12,788 nucleotides of DNA from Bacteroidota bacterium (lineage in GTDB: Bacteria; Bacteroidota; Bacteroidia; Bacteroidales; UBA6013), in NCBI GenBank assembly GCA_020048645.1, contig JAIFMG010000120.1, forward strand, positions 1-12,788, read 5' to 3'. The notes under the pieces were generated by a model. That model did not search any database, was not told the DNA's origin, and worked only from the letters and a program-made list of their open reading frames with translations. The translations under genes and the position numbers were made by a program. Positions 7,172-12,788 of the stretch are shown here, piece after piece. Within the stretch, counting starts at the first letter, position 1, and every line of letters begins with the position of its first letter.

Positions 7172-7582
7172 TCAGTTTCGGAGCCAGTTCAGGGCATCTT
7201 CCATCGTATCGAAGTAGGCCACCTGCACCAGCCCGATTCCGCCCTCTTCCATGACCTGCTCCACGGAAACGCGGGTGAAAATATCGTGCGGCACGATGAA
7301 GGCTACCTTTTTCACGCCCAGCCGGACGGCGGCGGCATTGATGTTCTCATCGATCCATACCTGGGTCTCAGGGGGGATGGTATATCTGAACTGCCGGAGA
7401 TCATGCAAGATCAAGCTCGGCTTGAAAGGGGCGATGCCCTTTTCCAAGGACAAGGCAAAATCCTCGCGCAGCGCCGCGTCGTTGGCTTCTTCGGAGACTT
7501 CATGCCAGTGGTTGACCATGAGCCCGGTGGCAATCTCGAAGGTGATACGCCTGAAGGATGAGTTGAAAACGGTTTCTTCCAT
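7172..7582 (-). CDS. Small hypothetical alpha/beta protein (tentatively STAS/SpoIIAA-like), 136 aa, co-transcribed upstream of the TIR-SLOG gene
   Basis: The gap to the TIR-SLOG ATG is 18 bp on the same strand. The start was placed at the internal Met (MEETVFNSS...). The 57-codon 5' extension of the ORF track (to 7753) is low-GC, contains two hairpins, and has non-protein-like composition. The C-terminal part, VKKVAFIVPHDIFTRVSVEQV...VAYFDTMEDALNWLRN, resembles the end of STAS domains (F.t.eeAl.WL). The fold assignment is tentative. Confidence 0.5.
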   Translation of the reverse strand: MEETVFNSSFRRITFEIATGLMVNHWHEVSEEANDAALREDFALSLEKGIAPFKPSLILHDLRQFRYTIPPETQVWIDENINAAAVRLGVKKVAFIVPHDIFTRVSVEQVMEEGGIGLVQVAYFDTMEDALNWLRN

Positions 7583-7729
7583 GATCCAAGTTTTGTGGGA
7601 GATTGAAAAGAGCTGGGGTGGCGCATACCAAGCCCAAAACTTCAAACCCCTGACGAACAGCAGTTTGGAATGAAAAGCGCGAACATCCGCGCTCCAGGTG
7701 GCCCGATGGAAAATGGCTTGGAAATGCGG

Positions 7730-7775
7730 TGGCCAAGATAGCACAAATGCCAAATGGTTGTGCTGGGCAATGGCA
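7730..7775 (-). terminator. Two adjacent hairpins downstream of ccsA (GCACAA-N11-TTGTGC at 7730-7752; GGGCA-N12-TGCCC at 7754-7775). Possible terminator or regulatory structure ahead of the small-gene/TIR-SLOG operon.
   Basis: Both are perfect inverted repeats, seen directly in the sequence, in the 240-bp lower-GC intergenic region. Neither has a T-run. Confidence 0.3.
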
Positions 7776-7822
7776 TTTCCTGCCCAATCGAAACGACTCT
7801 TTTCCCCCGAGAAGGACCAATT

Positions 7823-8635
7823 TCACATGTTGCCGCTGTAAACGTGGACGCTGCTCTGGGCCGAAGGCAAGTAGTTGATGCCGAACCAGGCCATGAGCAG
7901 GATGAAGAAGGCCAGGAAAAGGATCCACGCCTGCAGCCGGTGCTTTTCGGGCTGGAACCACCGGAAGTGGATGTAGGAAAGGTAGGAAATCCAGGTGAGC
8001 AGGGCCCAGGTCTCCTTGGGATCCCAGGTCCAGTAGTGCCCCCAGGCCTCCTTGGCCCAGAGCGCGCCGAAACTGACGCCGATGGTCAGGAAGGCGAAGC
8101 CGATGTAAACCAGGTTGTCGGCCAGCTTCAGGGTGTCGGCCTCGTACTGCCCGAAGTAGGTCTGGTACAGGGCCTTGGCCCCGACGATGGACGAGGCCGC
8201 CACCAGCGCGTAAGACAGCAGCATGATGGAGACGTGCGGGATGAACCAGGGGCTTTGCAAGGCCGGCATCAGGGTCTTGTCGTAGGTATCTGGGTTCAAG
8301 TAGTTGACAACCAGGAAGATGATGGCCATGCCAAGGCTCAGGGCCAGGAACCAGCGGTAGCGCCAGCGCAGGTAGGTCAGGAAGCCGATGGTGGTCAGGA
8401 AGAGCGAGTACCAGAGCCGGGTCTCGCCCATGGTGCGCAGGGGCGGGCGCTCGAGGTGCAGCCAGAGCGCTACGATGAAGGAGCCCAGCACGCCGATGCC
8501 GAGCAGCACGACGGCGTCGGCCGAGAGCCGCAGGGCGCGGGCGCCGTCGTTGCGGGGCACGAGGTTCAGGACGATGCCCGTGGTCCAGAGCAGGCCGGCC
8601 AGCAGGGCGATGATGGGAAAGTTGAGCCAGATCAT
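7823..8635 (-). CDS. ccsA: Cytochrome c biogenesis protein CcsA (System II heme handling, WWD domain), 270 aa
   Basis: The protein is polytopic. It carries the WWD-type Trp-rich motif WAKEAWGHYWTWDPKETWALLTW and conserved His residues. The start was set at the internal Met (MIWLNFPIIALLAGL, at 8633-8635), because the 58-codon N-terminal extension of the ORF track overlaps the resB 3' end and is not protein-like. Confidence 0.85.
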   Translation of the reverse strand: MIWLNFPIIALLAGLLWTTGIVLNLVPRNDGARALRLSADAVVLLGIGVLGSFIVALWLHLERPPLRTMGETRLWYSLFLTTIGFLTYLRWRYRWFLALSLGMAIIFLVVNYLNPDTYDKTLMPALQSPWFIPHVSIMLLSYALVAASSIVGAKALYQTYFGQYEADTLKLADNLVYIGFAFLTIGVSFGALWAKEAWGHYWTWDPKETWALLTWISYLSYIHFRWFQPEKHRLQAWILFLAFFILLMAWFGINYLPSAQSSVHVYSGNM

Positions 8636-8669
8636 GGTGTAGCTTTTTTGAGGGTGGAGGCTTGTGAGG

Positions 8670-10004
8670 TCAAGGTTTTCCGTCCGCTGGGTCGGCTTCT
8701 TGCTCTTCCTTGGGGCGGATGCGCTGGCCGAGCCAGAACATTTCGATGGCGCCGGCCAGGACCAGGAAAAGGCCGAAGTAAACCACTGGCTGCCAGGGGT
8801 CGCGCACAAACTCTAGCACGCTGCTGCGCGACCATTTGCCCATGTCGGCATCGTAGCTGAGCTGGTAGATCTTCCAGCCGAAGAGCTCCACGGGCCAGTT
8901 CACCTCGACGGTCTCGCGGGTGCTGGAGCCGTCGAAGCCGTAGAGGACGACCTCGGAGCTGAACTTCTCGGGCTCGGGCGTGAGCAGCAGCAGCGAGTGG
9001 TCGAAGTCCAGCCGCAGGGCCTGCGGGTCTTCCTGGATGCTGCCGCAGCTTATCCAGCCTTCGCGAGCGTCGGCGCGGCCCGCGTGGTAGGCGCGCACGT
9101 AGGCCGCCGGGGCGTTGCCGTACTCGTCGGTCGGCACGAAGTTGCCCAGGCTGTCGCGCTTGGCCTCCGGATGGAACTCGACGACTTCCAACTGCCAATC
9201 GAGCAGCTCGGCCTTCAGTCCGGTCTTGGCCATGGGCAGCGCGCTGCCTTCCTGCAAGACCAGCTTCATGGCGTGTACGTCCACGATGCTGATCTTGGGC
9301 AGGAACTCATCGACCTTGAAATCAATCAGTTCCACACCGATGGGCAGTTCATAGACCATCTGCATGTCGTGGGCGTGCCAGTTGATTTGGCCGCCTTCCT
9401 CCACCTCCATGATCAGCCGCTTGAGGTCGGCCGAGCCCAGGGCGGAGGCGAAGAAGGTGATCAGCAGCCCGAAGTGCGTGATGATGAAGCCGATGTTCTT
9501 GGCCTTGAACGGAACCGTGCGCTTGAAGGCCACGAAGGCCAGGCAGAGCATGAAATAGAGCAGGCCGAAGAGGAAGGCCCAGTTCTCGGTCATGCGGGTG
9601 GCCCCGATGGCCTTGAAGAAGGGCGCGACCGTGCCCATGTCGCCAAAGGCCGTGTTCTCCTGCGGAAACATGGCCATGACAAAGACCAGGAAGGTGAAGT
9701 TGGCGATGGAAGTCAGGGCCGCGTGCACCGTGCCGAACCAGCGCACCAGCGGATGCTTGCGGAACATGAGGCTGGCGCTTCCCACGAAAAACAGGAAGAA
9801 GATGCCCACGTAAATGTTGTGCGGAAAAGCGATCTGCGAAAGCCCCGACGGCCCCCAGAAGGCCTCCAGGCTGAAGCCGATGGTCGTGAGCAGGCCCGCC
9901 AGCACGAAGCCTTCGCCGTATTTCCAGGGCTGGGCGAACAGCCGCCTTGTCTTGAGTTCTGTGGTCTGTGGTTCCAATGGGGATCCGGGTTGCGGGACGC
10001 CCAC
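8670..10004 (-). CDS. resB: Cytochrome c biogenesis protein ResB/CcsB (System II), about 444 aa. The start is uncertain.
   Basis: The N-terminal TM (GFVLAGLLTTIGFSLEAF) is followed by a large soluble domain and C-terminal TMs, the ResB architecture, immediately upstream of ccsA with a 34-bp gap. The start is tentatively the GTG at 10004 (MGVPQPGSP...). Alternatives are the TTG at 9977 or the far-upstream ATG at 10154. The ATG is unlikely, because 10020-10154 is AT-richer, carries a TATATTTG -7-like box on the minus strand, and would encode a Cys/Arg-rich non-protein-like leader. Confidence 0.75.
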   Translation of the reverse strand: MGVPQPGSPLEPQTTELKTRRLFAQPWKYGEGFVLAGLLTTIGFSLEAFWGPSGLSQIAFPHNIYVGIFFLFFVGSASLMFRKHPLVRWFGTVHAALTSIANFTFLVFVMAMFPQENTAFGDMGTVAPFFKAIGATRMTENWAFLFGLLYFMLCLAFVAFKRTVPFKAKNIGFIITHFGLLITFFASALGSADLKRLIMEVEEGGQINWHAHDMQMVYELPIGVELIDFKVDEFLPKISIVDVHAMKLVLQEGSALPMAKTGLKAELLDWQLEVVEFHPEAKRDSLGNFVPTDEYGNAPAAYVRAYHAGRADAREGWISCGSIQEDPQALRLDFDHSLLLLTPEPEKFSSEVVLYGFDGSSTRETVEVNWPVELFGWKIYQLSYDADMGKWSRSSVLEFVRDPWQPVVYFGLFLVLAGAIEMFWLGQRIRPKEEQEADPADGKP

Positions 10005-10243
10005 GGTGGGGCGGCCCAAGGTGAAAAAGTCCACAAATATAAGCCAAAGCTGGCGATCGGCGTGGCCGGCGGAACATCTTATACAGCAGAGTTTCAGACC
10101 CGAAAATGCCTTGGCCCAACGAAGTAAAATGCCCCGCAAAGCCTTGGCTGTCATTTTGTTGGGCGAAATGCTTCGCGCTTTGCGCCAAAATTCGCAGATT
10201 CGCGGCCGTGCGACACGTCGCCCCGAACCAACGCTTGCCCACC

Positions 10244-11536
10244 ATGTATTACAGCACCAACAGCCCCGGCCAGGACGTATCGCTGGCCTTCGCGGTCGTC
10301 AAAGGACTGGCCGCCGACAATGGCCTTTTCATGCCCCGGCGCCTGCCCCGCCTGCCGCAGGAGTTTTTCTCGCGCCTGCCCAGGCTGAGCCTGGCCCAGA
10401 TCGGCTTCGAGGTCTCGAAGGCCCTGTTCGAGGGCGAGATTCCCGAGCCGGAGCTCGAGGCCCTGGTGGAGGACGCGCTCGACTTCGACACGCCCCTGGT
10501 GCCGCTGGACGACGACAGGCACGTGCTGGAGCTCTGGCACGGCCCGACCCTGGCCTTCAAGGACGTGGGCGCCCGCTTCATGGCCCGGCTGCTGGCCTAC
10601 TTCAACCGCGGGCAGCAGCGCGTGGTCCGCATCCTGGTGGCCACCTCGGGCGACACGGGCAGCGCCGTGGCCAGCGGATTCCTGAAAGTGCCGGGCATCG
10701 AAGTGGTGCTGCTCTACCCCAAGGGCGGAGTCAGCAAGATACAGGAGGCGCAACTGACCACCATGGGCCACAACATCGAGGCCCTGGAGGTGGAAGGCGT
10801 CTTCGACGACTGCCAGCGGCTGGTCAAGCAGGCCTTCCTCGACCCGGAGCTGAACCGCGCGCTGTTCCTGACCTCGGCCAACTCCATCAACATCGCCCGG
10901 CTCATCCCGCAGTCGTTCTACTACTTCCGGGCCTTGGCGCAACTGCCCGACTCCGCCCGCCCTACGGTCGTGAGCGTGCCCTCGGGCAATTTCGGCAACC
11001 TCACCGGAGGGCTGATCGCGCAGCGGATGGGACTGCCCATCGGGCGCTTCATCGTGGCCACCAACGCCAACAAAGTGGTGCCCGAATACCTGGAGACGGG
11101 CGTTTACCAGGCCCGCCCGACCCTCCCGACCCTCTCGAACGCCATGGACGTGGGCGACCCCAGCAACTTCGCCCGCCTGCTGGACCTTTTCGGCGGCAAG
11201 GTCGAGGCCATGCGCGCCCAACTCAGCGGCCACTGGTCCACGGACGAGCAGACGCGGCGGCGCATGAAGGAGATCCACCAGCGCTACGGCTACGTCATCG
11301 ACCCGCACGGCGCGGTGGCCTACGACGGCCTGGCCGAGGGCCTGCGCCCGGGCGAGCGGGGCATCCTGCTGGGCACGGCGCATCCGGCCAAGTTCAAGGA
11401 CGCCGTGGACCAGACCCTGGGCCTGGAGCTGCCCCTGCCCGAGCGCCTGGCGCACAGCATGGCCCTGCCCAAGGTGGCCACGCCCCTGTCGAAGGACTTC
11501 GCGGACTTCCGCGCCTACCTGATGCGCAAGGCCTGA
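10244..11536 (+). CDS. thrC: Threonine synthase, 430 aa
   Basis: The protein aligns along its whole length with E. coli-type ThrC: ELWHGPTLAFKDVGARFMA (with the PLP lysine), ATSGDTGSAVA, VSVPSGNFGNLTGG, TLSNAMDVGDPSNF and LGTAHPAKFKDAVD. Confidence 0.9.
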   Translation: MYYSTNSPGQDVSLAFAVVKGLAADNGLFMPRRLPRLPQEFFSRLPRLSLAQIGFEVSKALFEGEIPEPELEALVEDALDFDTPLVPLDDDRHVLELWHGPTLAFKDVGARFMARLLAYFNRGQQRVVRILVATSGDTGSAVASGFLKVPGIEVVLLYPKGGVSKIQEAQLTTMGHNIEALEVEGVFDDCQRLVKQAFLDPELNRALFLTSANSINIARLIPQSFYYFRALAQLPDSARPTVVSVPSGNFGNLTGGLIAQRMGLPIGRFIVATNANKVVPEYLETGVYQARPTLPTLSNAMDVGDPSNFARLLDLFGGKVEAMRAQLSGHWSTDEQTRRRMKEIHQRYGYVIDPHGAVAYDGLAEGLRPGERGILLGTAHPAKFKDAVDQTLGLELPLPERLAHSMALPKVATPLSKDFADFRAYLMRKA

Positions 11537-11544
11537 GGCTAGGA

Positions 11545-11580
11545 AGAAATCGCCCGCCCGGCGCGGGGCCGGACGGACGG
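11545..11580. terminator. GC-rich hairpin between convergent thrC and the DHOD-like gene (CCCGC-CCGGC-GCGGG), possibly a bidirectional terminator
   Basis: A short perfect stem lies in the 51-bp convergent intergenic region. There is no T-run. Confidence 0.25.
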
Positions 11581-11587
11581 CGGGGGG

Positions 11588-12598
11588 CTAGAAGGAATGC
11601 TCGGGGCGGTAGCCTCGGAAGTACTTCTGGAACTGGGTGCGCTCGTAGTCGGCGGGGTTCTGGCTGCGGCTCTGGCTGAGCATCCCGCGGAAGTCGCTCA
11701 GGCGGCGGTAGCCTTTCTTGTTCATCCACTGGCTGAGGAAGTCGAGCATCTCCTGGGCGCGGCGCGGGCCGTGGCGGTAGAAGGTGGAGACGGCCTGGAC
11801 GGCGTCAGCGCCCGCGAGGAGCTGCTTGACCAGCGCGGGGCCGTCGTGGACGCCCGTGGAGGCGCAGAGGTCGCAGGTGACGCGCTCGCTCATGATGGAG
11901 ATCCAGCGCAGGGAGGTGGCCAGGTCGGAGGGCGCGCTGAGCACGCTGGAGCTGGTAACGCTGAGCTTGTCGATGTCGAAGTCGGGCGAATAGAAGCGGT
12001 TGAAGAGCACCAGGGCGTCGATGTCGGTGCCGGAGAGCTCCTTGAGCATGGAGGGCACGTTCGAGAAGAAGTAGCCGACCTTCAGGGCCACGGGGATGCT
12101 GACCTGCTGGGTGATGGTGTGGGCGATGTCGAAGTAGATCTGCTCGTTGTTGCTGGCCTTGCGCGAGGTGTCGGAGGGCATGAGGAAGACGTTGAGCTCC
12201 AGGGCGTCGGCGCCAGCCTGCTCAACCAGCCGGGGGTAGAAGGTCCACTCGTCGGCGGTGATGCAGTTGATGCTGGCGATGATGGGGATGGAGGTCCGCT
12301 TCTTGCTCTGGGCGATGAGGTCGAGGTACTTCTCGGAGCTGTGGGGCTCATATTGGGCGGGATGCTCGTAGTAGCCGGGCTGCTCGGGGAAGAGGTCGGA
12401 GCTGGTGTTCATGCTGTCGAGGCTTGCCTGCATCTCTTCGACGATTTCCTCCTCGAAGAGCGAGCGCAAGACCACGGCGCCCACCCCGGCCTTCTCCATG
12501 GCCAGGACGCCATCCAGGTTTTCGGTCAGGGCGGAGCTTCCCTTGATCAGGGGATTTTTGAGCTCCAGGCCCATGTATTGGGTCGTAAGGTCTGCCAT
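11588..12598 (-). CDS. Dihydroorotate dehydrogenase-like (DHOD family 1-like) flavoprotein lacking the catalytic Cys/Ser, 336 aa
   Basis: MGLELKNPLIKGSSALTENLDGVLAMEKAGVGAVVLRS parallels the class-1 DHOD N-terminus. The C-terminal STGVHDGPALVKQLLAGADAVQAVSTF...GYRRLSDFRGML parallels TGGIETGQDA...GYQSIADFHGKL. The ELNxSCPN catalytic loop is replaced by ELNVFLMPSD. Confidence 0.85.
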   Translation of the reverse strand: MADLTTQYMGLELKNPLIKGSSALTENLDGVLAMEKAGVGAVVLRSLFEEEIVEEMQASLDSMNTSSDLFPEQPGYYEHPAQYEPHSSEKYLDLIAQSKKRTSIPIIASINCITADEWTFYPRLVEQAGADALELNVFLMPSDTSRKASNNEQIYFDIAHTITQQVSIPVALKVGYFFSNVPSMLKELSGTDIDALVLFNRFYSPDFDIDKLSVTSSSVLSAPSDLATSLRWISIMSERVTCDLCASTGVHDGPALVKQLLAGADAVQAVSTFYRHGPRRAQEMLDFLSQWMNKKGYRRLSDFRGMLSQSRSQNPADYERTQFQKYFRGYRPEHSF

Positions 12599-12626
12599 TG
12601 TACTTTTGGGATGATTGGTTTGCTTC

Positions 12627-12658
12627 CAAATTTACGCAAAAGAACAGGCCCGACAATG
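12627..12658 (-). promoter_or_regulatory. Putative promoter of the DHOD-like gene. On the minus strand the -7 box TAAATTTG corresponds to plus 12627-12634, with ATTG 19 nt upstream.
   Basis: A perfect TAnnTTTG lies about 30 nt upstream of the ATG at 12598 on the minus strand. Confidence 0.3.
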
Positions 12659-12788
12659 CGCTGGAGCGGGCCATTTTCGCGACATGGCCTAATCAAGAAT
12701 GAGTCCAGTCTAAAAACTATTTCCAGGGAGCAAAGTTAATTTAACAAAGTATCAAGTATAAAATCATTGCTTTTTTGAGCACGGTCCC

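Noticed and set aside
5316-7561. The ORFs 5316..6290 (-), 5723..7561 (+) and 5545..5811 (+) overlapping the thioredoxin-2 and TIR-SLOG genes
   Set aside because: These are shadow ORFs with Arg/Gly/Asp/Leu-rich low-complexity translations. The annotated frames carry clear TlpA and TIR/SLOG motifs.
7583-7753. The 57-codon N-terminal extension of the small gene (the full 193-aa ORF)
   Set aside because: The extension is low-GC and Trp/His/Phe-rich non-protein-like (MAFVLSWPPHFQAIFHRATW...). It overlaps two perfect hairpins and a promoter-like box, so the internal Met at 7582 is preferred.
10106-10243. Possible thr-type leader peptide or attenuator upstream of thrC
   Set aside because: The upstream reading frame is continuous with thrC, not a separate Thr/Ile-rich mini-ORF. 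No terminator or antiterminator pair with a T-run was found. Only a weak 7-nt complementary pair is present.
7754-10245. The long ORFs 7754..8860 (+), 8997..10127 (+), 9349..10245 (-) and 8632..9198 (-) across ccsA/resB
   Set aside because: These are GC-driven shadow frames. The ccsA and resB frames carry the WWD motif and the ResB TM architecture.
9814-12739. The ORFs 9814..11679 (+), 10151..11455 (-) and 11597..12739 (+) overlapping thrC and the DHOD-like gene
   Set aside because: These are shadow frames with Arg/Pro/Gly-rich low-complexity translations. thrC and the DHOD-like gene align collinearly with characterised families.
1-12788. CRISPR arrays, tRNA/rRNA genes, transposases or integrases
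   Set aside because: No regularly spaced direct repeats, no cloverleaf-like conserved tRNA segments, and no DDE or tyrosine-recombinase-like ORF were seen in any frame.

Overview
This window reads as a high-GC Bacteroidota-type chromosome: real genes are compact with GC-rich third codon positions, there is no Shine-Dalgarno sequence, and promoters look like the TTTG / TAnnTTTG type. Many long opposite-frame shadow ORFs are GC artefacts and were not called. Eleven protein-coding genes are supported. They are a secreted beta-propeller lipoprotein (-), a bacterial Major Vault Protein homologue (+, 831 aa), greA (+), two tandem TlpA/ResA-like periplasmic thioredoxins (+), a TIR–SLOG(LOG-like) fusion protein preceded by a small co-oriented gene (-), ccsA and resB of System II cytochrome c biogenesis (-), threonine synthase thrC (+), and a DHOD-like flavoprotein (-). 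Several rho-independent or bidirectional terminators and putative promoters can also be read. Two features deserve follow-up. The first is the full-length MVP homologue, with 50–60-aa repeats, a band-7-like shoulder and a cap-helix coiled coil. The second is a two-gene TIR–SLOG cassette, a candidate NAD+/nucleotide-targeting conflict system, wedged between ccsA and the resA-like thioredoxin genes. No rRNA, tRNA, CRISPR array or transposase was seen.
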